DNA of 64,000 nucleotides from an uncultured delta proteobacterium (GTDB lineage: Bacteria; Myxococcota; Myxococcia; Myxococcales; Anaeromyxobacteraceae), in the NCBI GenBank assembly GCA_963814585.1, contig CAWFDF010000004.1, positions 288,001 to 352,000 on the forward strand, given 5' to 3'. The translations under genes and the position numbers were made by a program. Positions 1 to 10,277 of the stretch are shown piece by piece; position 1 is the stretch's first letter, and the number at the start of each line of letters is the position of its first letter. The notes under the pieces were generated by a model. It searched no databases, had not been told where the DNA came from, and saw nothing but the letters and a program-made list of their open reading frames with translations.

Positions 1-1
1 G

Positions 2-508
2 GCCCGCGTCCGCGGCTACGTCGACCAGGGCGTGAAGGAGGGCGCCACCCTGGTGGTGGACGGGCGGGGCATCCAGGTGCCCGGCGGCGAGGGCGGCTAC
101 TTCCTGGGCGGGTGCCTCTTCGACCGGGTCACGCCCGAGATGAGGATCTACCGGGAGGAGATCTTCGGTCCGGTGCTGGTGGTGGTCCGGGTCCCGACCG
201 TGGAGCGCGCGCTCCAGCTGGTCAACGCCCACGAGTACGGCAACGGTACGGCCATCTTCACCCGCGACGGCGACGTGGCGCGCGAGTTCGTCAACCGGGT
301 GCAGGCCGGCATGGTGGGCGTCAACGTGCCCATCCCGGTGCCGGTGGGCTACCACAGCTTCGGCGGCTGGAAGCGCTCCCTCTTCGGCGACCACAGCATC
401 TACGGCGCCGAGGGCGTCCACTTCTACACCCGCCTCAAGACCGTGACCTCCCGCTGGCCGTCGGCCATCGCCCGGGGCCCGGAGTTCGTCTTCCCCACCA
501 CCAGGTGA
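2..508 (+). CDS. mmsA: CoA-acylating (methyl)malonate-semialdehyde dehydrogenase, C-terminal part (5' truncated)
   Basis: [20 protein letters not shown] and [24 protein letters not shown] motifs of the MMSDH subfamily; frame is open to the window edge. Confidence 0.9.
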   Translation, partial: ARVRGYVDQGVKEGATLVVDGRGIQVPGGEGGYFLGGCLFDRVTPEMRIYREEIFGPVLVVVRVPTVERALQLVNAHEYGNGTAIFTRDGDVAREFVNRVQAGMVGVNVPIPVPVGYHSFGGWKRSLFGDHSIYGAEGVHFYTRLKTVTSRWPSAIARGPEFVFPTTR

Positions 509-521
509 CCGAGACCCCGCC

Positions 522-1853
522 ATGACCACCAGGCCCAGCACGATGACCGGCGACGAGATCGTCGCCCTCACCAGGAAGCACACCCTCTACGAGTGGTCCG
601 CCCAGTCCAAGGTGGATCCCATCCCGGTGGCGCGCGCCGAGGGCGTCTACTTCTACACGCCCGAGGGGAAGCGCTTCATCGACTTCAACAGCCAGCTCAT
701 GTCGGTGAACGCCGGCCACGGCGAGCAGCGCATCATCCGGGCCATCACCGACCAGCTCAACAGGCTGGACTTCGCCAACCCCTTCATGGCCACCGAGCCG
801 CGGGCCCGGCTGGGCGCCAAGCTTGCCGAGCTCTGCCCCGGCGACATCGACGTCTTCTTCTTCACCAACGGCGGCGCCGAGGCCAACGAGAACGCCGTCA
901 AGCTGGCGCGCCAGTACACCGGGCGCCACAAGATCATGGCGCGCTACCGCAGCTACCACGGCGCCACCGCCGGGGCCATCGCGCTGACCGGCGACCCGCG
1001 CCGCTGGATCACCGAGCCCGGCATGCCGGGCGTGGTCCGCGTCACCGACCCGTACCACGGCATCCAGCGCGGCTGGGAGGACGCCGCCTCCGCCCTCGCC
1101 AACCTCGAGGAGATCATCCAGCTGGAGGGGCCGCACACCATCGCCGCCTTCATCCTGGAGACGGTGACCGGGACCAACGGCATCCTGATCCCGCCCGACG
1201 GCTACCTGGAGGGGGTGCGGGCGCTCTGCACCAAGTACGGCATCCTCATGATCGCCGACGAGGTCATGGCCGGGTTCGGCCGGACCGGCGAGTGGTTCGC
1301 GGTCAACCACTGGAAGGTGGTCCCGGACCTCATCACCATGGCCAAGGGACTCACCTCCTCCTACGTCCCGCTCGGCGCGGTCGGCATGCGCCGCGCCATC
1401 GCCGACCACTTCAAGGACAAGGTCTTCTACGGCGGCCTGACCTACAACAGCCACCCGGTGGGCTGCGCCGCGGCCCTGGCCGCCATCCAGGTCTACGAGG
1501 ACGACCAGCTCGTCGAGCGGTCCAGGGCCACCGGCCTGGTCATGAAGCAGCTCATGGCCGAGGTGGCGGCCAGGCACCCGTCGGTCGGCGCGGTGAGGTC
1601 GATCGGCCTGTTCGGCATCGTCGAGCTGGTCCGCGACCGGAAGACCATGGAGCCCATGGCGCCCTACAACGGCACCTCCGAGGAGATGGCCGCGCTGGGC
1701 CGCTTCTTCCGCCAGGAGGGGCTCTACACCATGGTGCGCTGGAACACCTTCTACACCAACCCCCCGCTCACCATCACCGAGGCCCAGCTCCGCGAGGCCG
1801 TCGCCATCATCGATCGCGGCCTGGAGATCACCGACCGGGCCGTCCGGGGCTGA
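522..1853 (+). CDS. Class III PLP aminotransferase (omega-amino acid/beta-alanine/taurine:pyruvate type)
   Basis: GGAEANENA, SYHG, ADEVMAGFGRTG, TMAKG (PLP Lys) and GLTY motifs. Confidence 0.88.
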   Translation: MTTRPSTMTGDEIVALTRKHTLYEWSAQSKVDPIPVARAEGVYFYTPEGKRFIDFNSQLMSVNAGHGEQRIIRAITDQLNRLDFANPFMATEPRARLGAKLAELCPGDIDVFFFTNGGAEANENAVKLARQYTGRHKIMARYRSYHGATAGAIALTGDPRRWITEPGMPGVVRVTDPYHGIQRGWEDAASALANLEEIIQLEGPHTIAAFILETVTGTNGILIPPDGYLEGVRALCTKYGILMIADEVMAGFGRTGEWFAVNHWKVVPDLITMAKGLTSSYVPLGAVGMRRAIADHFKDKVFYGGLTYNSHPVGCAAALAAIQVYEDDQLVERSRATGLVMKQLMAEVAARHPSVGAVRSIGLFGIVELVRDRKTMEPMAPYNGTSEEMAALGRFFRQEGLYTMVRWNTFYTNPPLTITEAQLREAVAIIDRGLEITDRAVRG

Positions 1854-1866
1854 GGCGAGCGACGCC

Positions 1867-3243
1867 ATGCGCCCCATCGAAGAGACCTGCTACTGGCTCG
1901 CCCAGCTGCCCAGGCGCGAGGTCACCTCGCTCCGGTCCCCGGCCGAGACCGACATCGTCGTGATCGGCGGGGGGCTGACCGGCCTCTGGACCGCGCTCTT
2001 CCTGAAGGAGCTCGACCCGTCGCGGGAGGTGGCGGTGGTGGAGCAGGGGATCGCCGCCTGGGGCGCCAGCGGCCGCAACGCCGGCATGCTGGCCGAGACC
2101 ATCGACCACACGCACGGGCTCGCCATCCAGCACTTCGGCGAGGCGGAGGCGGCGCGCCTGGCCGTCCTGGGCGAGGAGAACGTGCGGGAGCTGGCGGCGT
2201 TCATCCGCGATCGCGACATCCGCTGCGACTACGAGCCGACCGGCCGCTTCATGGCCTCCTTCACCGAGGCCCACCTCGCCGAGGCGCAGCGCAACCTCGA
2301 CGTCGCCAGGAGCCTGGGCATCGACTCGCACCGGGTGCTCACCCGCGAGGAGATGCAGGCCGAGGTCCACTCGCCGCTCTACATCGGCGGCCTGGAGGTG
2401 CGCGGCGGAGGCATCATCGATCCGGCCAGGCTCACCGACGGCCTGCGGCGCGAGGCCGAGAAGCTCGGGGTGCGCGTCTTCGAGCGGACCCGGGTCGAGG
2501 CCATCGAGGAGGACGGGGCCGGCGTCCGGCTCACCGCCAACGGCACCACGCTCCGGGCGCGGCGTGCCGTGCTCGGCACCAGCGCCTACACCCATCACCT
2601 GCTGCCGCAGGTGCGTCACCGCTTCATCCCGCTCTACGACTACATCATGGTGAGCGAGCCGCTCACGCCCTCCCAGTGGGACTCGATCGGCTGGAAGGGG
2701 CGCCAGGGGATCACCGACGGGCGCACCTTCTTCAACTACTACCGGCCCACCGCCGACGGCCGGGTGCTGTGGGGGACCAGCGAGGCCACCTACTACCGTG
2801 GCAACCGGGTCGACGAGTCCTGCGACCACTCGCAGCGCCACTACGACGCCCTGCGGGCCAGCTGGCGGCGCACCTTCCCACAGCTCGCCGGGATCGAGTG
2901 GCCCTACGCCTGGGGCGGCGCCATCTGCTCCACCACGCGGCTCACGCCCTTCTTCGGCAAGGCGCTGGGCGGCCGCGCCTGGTACGGGCTCGGCTTCACC
3001 GGCCACGGGCTGGGCAGCACCCGCGTGGCCGGGCGGATCCTGGCCCACCTGGTGCTGGAGCGCCCCGACGAGCTGCTCTCGCTCTCGCTGGTGACGAAGC
3101 CCCCCTTCCCGTACCCCCCGGAGCCGCTGCGAGGCTGGGCGGTGGACGCCGTGACTCGCGCGCTCCGCAAGGTGGACCGGGGCGAGGAGCCCGGCGTGAT
3201 GCTCCGCCTGCTGGAGCGGATGGGGATCGGCTTCTCGAGCTAG
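1867..3243 (+). CDS. FAD-dependent oxidoreductase (DAO/PuuB-like amine oxidase family)
   Basis: GGGLTG dinucleotide motif, GASGRNAG, C-terminal GFTGHG. Confidence 0.85.
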   Translation: MRPIEETCYWLAQLPRREVTSLRSPAETDIVVIGGGLTGLWTALFLKELDPSREVAVVEQGIAAWGASGRNAGMLAETIDHTHGLAIQHFGEAEAARLAVLGEENVRELAAFIRDRDIRCDYEPTGRFMASFTEAHLAEAQRNLDVARSLGIDSHRVLTREEMQAEVHSPLYIGGLEVRGGGIIDPARLTDGLRREAEKLGVRVFERTRVEAIEEDGAGVRLTANGTTLRARRAVLGTSAYTHHLLPQVRHRFIPLYDYIMVSEPLTPSQWDSIGWKGRQGITDGRTFFNYYRPTADGRVLWGTSEATYYRGNRVDESCDHSQRHYDALRASWRRTFPQLAGIEWPYAWGGAICSTTRLTPFFGKALGGRAWYGLGFTGHGLGSTRVAGRILAHLVLERPDELLSLSLVTKPPFPYPPEPLRGWAVDAVTRALRKVDRGEEPGVMLRLLERMGIGFSS

Positions 3244-4058
3244 CTGGCGATCTCGACGACCTCCATGCTCCAGAGATCGACGTGGAGGTGGCGGCCGCGC
3301 AGCGGCAGCCCCGTCCCCAGCAGCACCTTGCAGGCCTCGGCGACCTGCAGGCTGGCGATCACCCCCGGCGTGAAGGACGGGTTGCCCAGCTCCTGCTCCA
3401 CGCCCTTCCCCTCGGTGCAGTCGCCGTAGATCTTCTCGATGGTCCGCTCTCCGGGGAACTGGGTGGCGACGTGACCGTACCACCCGCCGATGGCCCCGTG
3501 GACGAGGGGGAGGCCCAGGGTGTCGCAGGTCGCCGCCAGCTCCAGCCGCGCCGGGATGCTGTCGAGGGCGTCGATCACCAGGCCCACGCCGGCGAGGAGC
3601 TCGGCGCCGTTCGCGGCGCCGATGGCTCGCGGCACGGGGACCACCGACACGGCCGGGTTGATCGAGGCCACCCGGTCCACGGCCGCCTCGACCTTGGCCC
3701 TCCCCAGGTCCGCCAGCGAGGCGAGGAGCTGCCGGTTCAGGTTGTGCTCCTCGAAGCGATCCGGATCGATGACCACCAGCCGGCCCACGCCGAGGCGGGC
3801 CAGCTGCTCGATGACGTACCCTCCGAGGCCACCGCAGCCGACCACCGCCACCGCGCTGCGCAGGAGGGTCAGCTGGCCGGCCGTCGAGATGGTCCGGCGG
3901 TTGCGCTGGTACCGGGCCGGGAGCAGGTCGACGGAGAGGGCCGCGGCCTCGACCTGCGCGCAGCCGAGCCCGTACCGCGCCATGGCCGACACCTGCACCG
4001 ACCAGGGCAGGAGGTCGCCGGTCGCCCCGCTGGCCAGGTAGGCCTCCAGGGTCTCCAT
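3240..4058 (-). CDS. HesA/MoeB/ThiF family adenylyltransferase
   Basis: RYQRN, VVGCGGLGG, DPDRFEEHNLNRQ; start chosen at METLEAY inside a long fused ORF. Confidence 0.88.
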   Translation of the reverse strand: METLEAYLASGATGDLLPWSVQVSAMARYGLGCAQVEAAALSVDLLPARYQRNRRTISTAGQLTLLRSAVAVVGCGGLGGYVIEQLARLGVGRLVVIDPDRFEEHNLNRQLLASLADLGRAKVEAAVDRVASINPAVSVVPVPRAIGAANGAELLAGVGLVIDALDSIPARLELAATCDTLGLPLVHGAIGGWYGHVATQFPGERTIEKIYGDCTEGKGVEQELGNPSFTPGVIASLQVAEACKVLLGTGLPLRGRHLHVDLWSMEVVEIAS

Positions 4059-4063
4059 CCGCG

Positions 4064-5916
4064 CTACCCCGGCCCGGGGAGCAGTCCTTCCAGCTCCGGC
4101 TCGAAGACCGCCCAGACCCGCTTCGAGAGCTCGGCGAAGAACTCCGGGGAGGCGACCACCGGGGGGAGCTTGATGTTCCCGTTCGGCTTCTCGAAGACCT
4201 CGGCCGGCAGCGTGTACTCCTCCTTCGAGTACCCCTGCCGGAGCTCCAGCGCCAGCCCACGCAGGAACGCCCGCCGCACCGCGCCGGCGATCTCGGCGGT
4301 GGTGACCTCCAGGCCGCACTCGCTCCGCAGGCTGTCGACCACCATCTGCGTGCCGATCCCCTTGCCGATGTCGAAGAACTTGCACAGCCCGATCATGTCG
4401 AAGCCGACGATGTTGAGCTTGTCCTGGGTGATCCCCTTGACCCAGGAGTCCAGGTCGGACTTCCCCTCCCGGGTCAGCAGCCCGTAGGTCGCCATCGACA
4501 TGTGCCCTCCGGCGATGGCCCAGGCGTAGCCGGGGTTGGTCTCGGGCTGGTAGGCGGGGAGCTCCAGCCCCTTCACGTGGTAGGCGTAGGAGGTCTCGCC
4601 GGTGGCCTGGGAGAGCCGCATCGACCCGCGACCCGACCTCCGGGAGGCGCCCCTCGCCGGCGCCGACGACGAGCTCGCGGATCTTCTCGAAGTCGCCGAA
4701 GGTCGCGCCGTTGAGGATGGGCTTCTCGGGGTGGCGCTCGTTGTAGGAGAGGACGTAGGAGACGGTCACGCCCAGCGTGATCGAGTCCATCCCGTAGTTG
4801 TCCCCGAGCTTGATGAGCTGGGCGGCCTGGCCGGGGTCGTGGAGCCCGAGGTTGGTGCCGAGCAGGTTGAGCGGCTCGTAGTCGAACTTGGCCAGGAACT
4901 CGCCGCGGCTGCCGTCCGCCTTCCTCTCGTGGACGTTGTTGTGGCAGGTGATGCCGCAGCGCCAGCAGGCCTCCGACTTGATCTCGTAGGCCTTCTCCAC
5001 GTTCTCCCGGAAGAGCCGCTCCGGCAGGTCGTTCCCCTGGGGGCGGAAGTTGTTCACGGGCACGGCGTGGAACGCCTGCAGCACGTCGTAGTTGGCCCAG
5101 GTGCCGCCGCCGCCGCCGCGCTTGATCGGCTGCAGCCGGGCCGAGCCGCCGCCCTTGATCACGTTGATGTTGACCTTCTTCACCGCCTCGGAGACGGGCT
5201 TGAGCTTGTCGCCGGCCTGGGCCACCAGCGCGATGAGGTTCTTGTAGCCCATCAGGCTGCCCATGCCGCCCCGGCCGGCGAAGCGGCACTTGTCCTCACC
5301 GGAGCGGAGCTGGTTGTCGGTGGAGAGCGCCACCGCCCCCATGTAGTTGGCTGCCCAGTGCTCCCCGGCCTGGCCGATGGCGGCGAAGTGGGCGCCGTCG
5401 TACTGCTGCTTCAGCGACATGATCTTGTCGTGGGTGGTGAGGCCGAGCAGGTGGCCGGCCGGCTTCAGCTCCACCACCGGGCCGTCGGCGCCCTCCCGGA
5501 TGAGGGCGTAGACCGGCTCGGCCGAGCGCCCCTCGAAGATCAGCTCGTCGAGCCCGGTGAACTTGAACTTGGCCCCGAAGTTCCCGCTCCCCGCCGACCA
5601 GATCGCCGCCGGCAGCCCCTTCCTCGACCCCTTGAGCGGGCTGTAGCCGGAGAAGTAGGCGCGCATCCCGGTCATGGCGTTGGTGCCGGTGAGCAGCCCG
5701 GTGTTGACGATCAGCGGGTTCTCGTCGCAGTAGGCGGTCGGTGATCCGGCGCTCGGCCAGCAGCTGGAAGGAGCGGCCGAAGCCGCCCAGCACGTCCTCC
5801 AGGTTCCGGCAGGGGACCTCCTCCATCCTGGTGGCGCCGCTGCGAAGATCGACGGTGCAGCGCCGGTAGAGGACGGCGGCGGGATCGGCGGCGGGCTGGC
5901 TGGTCAGGAATCTCAT
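4064..5916 (-). CDS. Aldehyde:ferredoxin oxidoreductase family protein 2 (two apparent frameshifts, ~5736 and ~4632)
   Basis: Three overlapping ORF pieces join into one AOR-like sequence: SPL, IGQAGE, AGRGGMGSLMGYKNL, CWRCGITC, YGMDSI, HVKGLELPAY, GLCKF. Confidence 0.82.
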
Positions 5917-5977
5917 GGGGTGCTCGAGTCGTGGCAGGAGGGGGATGACCGGCCAGGTCGGGGCGGCGAAGCGCGCG

Positions 5978-6202
5978 TCAACCTCCGCCCAGGATGGGGA
6001 GGAGCGTCAGGACGTCGCCGTCCGTCAGCTGGTCGTCGAGGCTGGCATGCACGCCCTTGATCAAGACGGTCCCCAGCAACCGGGTGGGGAGCTGGAGCTG
6101 CTCCACCACCACCCGGGCGCTGGTCCCGGGGGGATAGTCGCGGACCTCCTCCTTGAAGCGGTCGATCCGGAACACCCCGAACAACCTTACCGTGATCTTC
6201 AC
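5978..6202 (-). CDS. MoaD/ThiS family sulfur carrier
   Basis: ~74 aa beta-grasp pattern (ITVRLFG...L.DGD.L.LLP) ending in GG; GTG start. Confidence 0.85.
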   Translation of the reverse strand: MKITVRLFGVFRIDRFKEEVRDYPPGTSARVVVEQLQLPTRLLGTVLIKGVHASLDDQLTDGDVLTLLPILGGG

Positions 6203-6265
6203 GTTCCCGCTCCCTCGGCCGTCCCGACGGCGGCCGGGCTCCATGACGTCCCTTCCAGGCGACCC

Positions 6266-6499
6266 CTACCCGCCCGCTCCGGCCCTGAGGAACCGCAGCG
6301 AGTCACCGTCCTTGAGCACGACCTCCCGGTCCCGCTCCAGTCGCTCGTTGAGGGCGAAGATGGCGTGCTCGGGCAGCTTGAGCCGGGCCACCACGTCCTT
6401 GACCCTCGCCCCCTCGGGCAGCTCCAGGGTGACCATCCCCCGGGCCTCGGGAGGCAGCAGCTCGCGAAGGTAGGAATGCAGGACGACGGAGACTCTCAT
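6266..6499 (-). CDS. MoaD/ThiS family sulfur carrier
   Basis: 77 aa, LKDGDSL, ends AGG; GGAGGA RBS. Confidence 0.87.
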   Translation of the reverse strand: MRVSVVLHSYLRELLPPEARGMVTLELPEGARVKDVVARLKLPEHAIFALNERLERDREVVLKDGDSLRFLRAGAGG

Positions 6500-6637
6500 G
6501 CGGGTCCTCCTGCCCCTCGGCGGGTGGCCGCCCGCCGGCGCGGTGCCCGGCCCGTTCCACCGTGCCGCTCCCTCCGGTCCAGGGAGCGCGGAATCAGGTC
6601 GAGGCGGGCCCGGCCGGGGGTCGAGCCCGCCGCCGAC

Positions 6638-8530
6638 TCACTGGTTGATCCAGCCCAGCTTCAGCTCCTCGAGCTTCTGGGGCGTGGGGTTGCCGGTGGC
6701 CACGTCCCAGCCGGCCAGCCGGTAGTAGACGTCCTTGACCCGCTCGAGCTCCTCCTGCTTCCAGGCCACGCCGGCGGTCGGCCCGGTCCCCTGCAGGGGC
6801 TTGAAGAACTTCCTGGGCAGGGTGTCGTCCTTGCGCGTGAAACCCTCGCGGGCGTTGAAGGCGCGCTGCATGTTGAGGCGGCGCTCGCCCACCTTCAGGA
6901 TCTCGTCCACGGTCACGTCCCAGCCGGTGCCGGCGGAGAGGATCTCGGCCGTCTCGACCGGGCCGTACAGCTCCCAGCTCGGCCCGAACACGAACTGGCA
7001 GAGGCTGTAGGTGTCCATGGCCGAGTAGAAGCACTGGGTCCGGAAGGCGTAGCGGATCTTCTCGTCGGTCATGCTGCCGGGCGCCTGGGGGCTGGTCAGG
7101 CCGAGGGCCGCCAGGCGCTTCAGGTAGAGCTCGCCCACGCCCTCCTCGTAGAGCGGGTCGTGCTCGGAGGACTGGTGGTCGGCGCCGAAGGGGTTGACCG
7201 CGTAGATCAGCCCCAGCGACTTCTTGGCCTGCGGCATGTGGGCGGGCGCCTCGGTGCCCTTGGTGGTGATCAGGCACTCCTCCGCGCCCCGGCCGATCTT
7301 CCTGGCCGCGCGGGCCGAGCCCTCCGCCAGGACGTCGCCGAGCCCCCGGCGCTCGCCGATCTGGCGCACCATCTCGACCATGGCGTCGGCGTTGCCGAAG
7401 CGCAGCTCCAGCCCGCCGGTGTCCGCCGTGGTGATGACGCCCTTCTCGAAGCACTCCATCGCGAAGGCGACGGTCGCGCCGGTGCCGATGGTGTCCAGGC
7501 CGTAGACGTTGCACAGCTGGCTGGCCAGGCTGACGGCGTGCAGGTCGGCGATGCCGCAGTAGCTGCCGAAGGTCGCCAGGGTCTCGTACTCGGGCCCGCC
7601 GTAGGTGGGGTCGACCTTCTGGCCCTGGTACTCGGTCTCCACCACCCGCTTGCAGCGCACCGTGCAGGCGTAGCAGGTGTCGCGCTCCTTGAGGATGGTC
7701 TCCCGCATGCGCTCGCCGCTGATGTCCATGTAGCGGTCGAAGCTGCCCTCGTTGTAGTTGAAGGCGGGCAGCGACCCGATGGAGTGCTGGAAGGGGACCA
7801 CGTCGGCCGTGCCGTTGAGCGCGATCCCCTTCATGTCGGGGATCTCCTCGATGTTCCTGGTGCCCTCCTTGTGCTGGCGCGAGACGGCCTTCGGGTCGGC
7901 GGCCTGCAGCTTCTGGTTGCCCTGCACCACGATGGCCTTGAGCAGCTTGGAGCCCATCACCGCGCCCACCCCGGTGCGGCCGTTGGCGCGGTTGTGCATG
8001 TTCATGATGGCGGCCAGCCGGACCTTCTTCTCGCCGGCCTGGCCGATCTGCATGACCTCGACCTTGCCGTGCTGCTCCGCCAGCAGCCGGTCCACCTCCG
8101 CGGTGTCCTTGCCCCACAGCCCGGCCGCGTCGCGCAGCTCGGCCTTGCCCTCGGCGACGTGAAGGTAGACCGGCTTCGCCGCCACCCCCTTCACGACGAT
8201 CCCGTCGAACCCGGCGAACTTGAGGGCGGCCGGGGCGAAGCCGCCCGCCTGGCTGTCGCCGATCCCGCCGCTCAGCGGGGAGAGGGTGTTGACGCAGATG
8301 CGGGACTGCCCGGAGACCGGCAGGCCGGTGATGGGGCCGGTGAAGAAGGTCAGGATGTTCTGCGGGCCGAGCGGGTCGGCCCCCCGGGGGAGGTCTCGGA
8401 GCAGGTAGTAGGTGCCCATGGCGCTGCCGCCGCCGTAGGTCCGGTAGAACTCCTCGGCGGGCTCCTCGACCGAGATGGCGCCGCGCGCCAGGTCGACGTG
8501 CAGGATCTTGCGGTTGAAGCTGCGGGTCAT
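6638..8530 (-). CDS. aor: Tungsten-dependent aldehyde:ferredoxin oxidoreductase
   Basis: GRTGVGAVMGSKLLKAI, CYACTVRC [4Fe-4S] ligands, GPEYET, GLDTI, DDTLP and YYRLAGWD motifs. Confidence 0.92.
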   Translation of the reverse strand: MTRSFNRKILHVDLARGAISVEEPAEEFYRTYGGGSAMGTYYLLRDLPRGADPLGPQNILTFFTGPITGLPVSGQSRICVNTLSPLSGGIGDSQAGGFAPAALKFAGFDGIVVKGVAAKPVYLHVAEGKAELRDAAGLWGKDTAEVDRLLAEQHGKVEVMQIGQAGEKKVRLAAIMNMHNRANGRTGVGAVMGSKLLKAIVVQGNQKLQAADPKAVSRQHKEGTRNIEEIPDMKGIALNGTADVVPFQHSIGSLPAFNYNEGSFDRYMDISGERMRETILKERDTCYACTVRCKRVVETEYQGQKVDPTYGGPEYETLATFGSYCGIADLHAVSLASQLCNVYGLDTIGTGATVAFAMECFEKGVITTADTGGLELRFGNADAMVEMVRQIGERRGLGDVLAEGSARAARKIGRGAEECLITTKGTEAPAHMPQAKKSLGLIYAVNPFGADHQSSEHDPLYEEGVGELYLKRLAALGLTSPQAPGSMTDEKIRYAFRTQCFYSAMDTYSLCQFVFGPSWELYGPVETAEILSAGTGWDVTVDEILKVGERRLNMQRAFNAREGFTRKDDTLPRKFFKPLQGTGPTAGVAWKQEELERVKDVYYRLAGWDVATGNPTPQKLEELKLGWINQ

Positions 8531-8671
8531 GGGGTGCCTCCCTCTTCATGGACCGTGCGCATGCCGGACCGCCGGATCGCGCCGATCGACACCTGCTCGG
8601 ATCGGGGCCAGCGTACCCCATCGACCACCCCGGTTGAAGGCTCGGATCGGGGGTCCGGGCGCGGCCTGCCG

Positions 8672-9049
8672 TCAGTCCACCACCGCCCGGTGTCGCAGCG
8701 ACCAGGCCCTGAGCCCCTTCGGGAGGTGGCTGCCCACGGCGCCGACCACCAGGGCGCCCATGAGCGCGGCGGGGCCCCAGGCGATCACCAGGCCGGCCAC
8801 GCCCAGGTGGGCCAGCACCAGGAGCCCGCGACCCTGGTAGATCCAGTGGCGGCTGTGGCTGGCCTCGCTGACGAGCAGCGCCAGGCCGCTCAGGGCCGTG
8901 GCCACCGCGGCGCCGCGGAGCTCGCCGTCCGGGACCCCCCACCAGGAGCCGCCCACCAGGACCGCCATCGTCCCCAGGTGAGCGGTGCGCAGCGCGATCC
9001 CGACGGCGCGCGGGAGGCTCAGCGAGGTCCGGGCCTGGCGCTCCGCCAC
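8672..9049 (-). CDS. Hypothetical membrane protein
   Basis: ~125 aa hydrophobic ORF starting 2 nt after the moeA stop, GC3-rich codons. Confidence 0.6.
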   Translation of the reverse strand: MAERQARTSLSLPRAVGIALRTAHLGTMAVLVGGSWWGVPDGELRGAAVATALSGLALLVSEASHSRHWIYQGRGLLVLAHLGVAGLVIAWGPAALMGALVVGAVGSHLPKGLRAWSLRHRAVVD

Positions 9050-9051
9050 CG

Positions 9052-10266
9052 CTAGGGCTCCTCGACCAGGTCGGGCCGGAGCAGCTGGACCGAGACCTCC
9101 TGGCCCGCCTCCAGCCTCCCCTGCTCGGCGGGGATGATGGCGATGGCGTCGGCCCGGAGCAGGGTCTTCAGGATGCCGGTCTCCTGGTTGCCGGCGGTCG
9201 AGGCGAGCAGCGCGCCGTCGTCGCGGCGCGAGAGGCGCACCCGCACCAGGTTGACGCGCCCCGGTGCCTTGCCGAGAGGCTCCTGCAGGAGGGCGCGCCG
9301 AAGCGGCGGGAAGGTCCGGCGGTGGCCCATCATCCTGAGCAGCGCCGGCCGGACGAACTGCTCGAAGGTCAGGAGGGAGGAGACCGGGTTGCCCGGCAAG
9401 GAGAAGACCGGCGTCTGCCCCCGCACGCCGAAGGCGGTGGGGCGGCCGGGCTTGATGTCCACCTTCCAGAAGATCTGGCGCACCTGGAGCTCGTCGAGGA
9501 TCTCCCGCACCAGGTCGCGATCCCCGGCGGAGACGCCGGCGGAGGTGAGCAGCACGTCGGCGGCGAGCCCCCGCTCCAGCAGGGCCCGCAGCGCCGGCCG
9601 GTCGTCGCGGGCGATGCCCAGGTCGATGGGCTCGCCGCCGCAGAGGCGCACCGCCGCCGCCAGGGCCACCCCGTTGCTGTCGCAGACCTGGCCCGGGCCG
9701 ATGGGCTGGCCGGGCGCGACCAGCTCGTCGCCCGTGGACAGGATGGCGACGCGCGCCCGACGGACCACCGGCACCTGGATCCGGGCGGCCGAGGCCAGCA
9801 CGCTCACCTCGCCCGGTCCCACCACCGTGCCCGCGGTGAGCGCCACCTCGCCGGCGCGGAGGTCCTCGCCCCGGCGGCGGACGTGGGCGCCCGGCCGGAC
9901 CGCGCCGCGGAGCCGGATGGCGTCGGCGGCCTCCTCGACGTCCTCCACCGGCGCGATGGCGTCGGCGCCGGGCGGCAGCGGCGCCCCGGTCATGATCCTG
10001 GTGGCCTCGCCGGGCCCGACCGGCCCCGCGGGCAGGCCGCCGGCGGGGATGTAGCCGGTCACCCGCAGCGTGACCGGCCCGGTGCAATCGGCGGAGCGGA
10101 CCGCGAAGCCGTCCATGGCCGAGTTGTCCCAGCCCGGCAGGTCCCACGGCATGACCACGTCGGCGGCCAGCACCCGCCCCGCCGCGTCGCCCAGCGAGAC
10201 CTCCTCCGCCGGGAGGGTGGCGACGTGCTCGAGGATGATCCTTCGCGCGTCGTGGTAGCTGGGCAT
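9052..10266 (-). CDS. moeA: Molybdopterin molybdo/tungstotransferase (gephyrin-like)
   Basis: SAMDGFAV, IMTGAPLP, STGDEL, KPGRP, LPGNPVS. Confidence 0.95.
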   Translation of the reverse strand: MPSYHDARRIILEHVATLPAEEVSLGDAAGRVLAADVVMPWDLPGWDNSAMDGFAVRSADCTGPVTLRVTGYIPAGGLPAGPVGPGEATRIMTGAPLPPGADAIAPVEDVEEAADAIRLRGAVRPGAHVRRRGEDLRAGEVALTAGTVVGPGEVSVLASAARIQVPVVRRARVAILSTGDELVAPGQPIGPGQVCDSNGVALAAAVRLCGGEPIDLGIARDDRPALRALLERGLAADVLLTSAGVSAGDRDLVREILDELQVRQIFWKVDIKPGRPTAFGVRGQTPVFSLPGNPVSSLLTFEQFVRPALLRMMGHRRTFPPLRRALLQEPLGKAPGRVNLVRVRLSRRDDGALLASTAGNQETGILKTLLRADAIAIIPAEQGRLEAGQEVSVQLLRPDLVEEP

Positions 10267-10277
10267 GAGGCGGGAGC

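Noticed and set aside
3240..5675. 811-aa AOR-ThiF fusion shown in the ORF track
   Set aside because: It is produced by the frameshift near 4632. The AOR C-terminus is in another frame ending at 4064, and ThiF has its own ATG at 4058.
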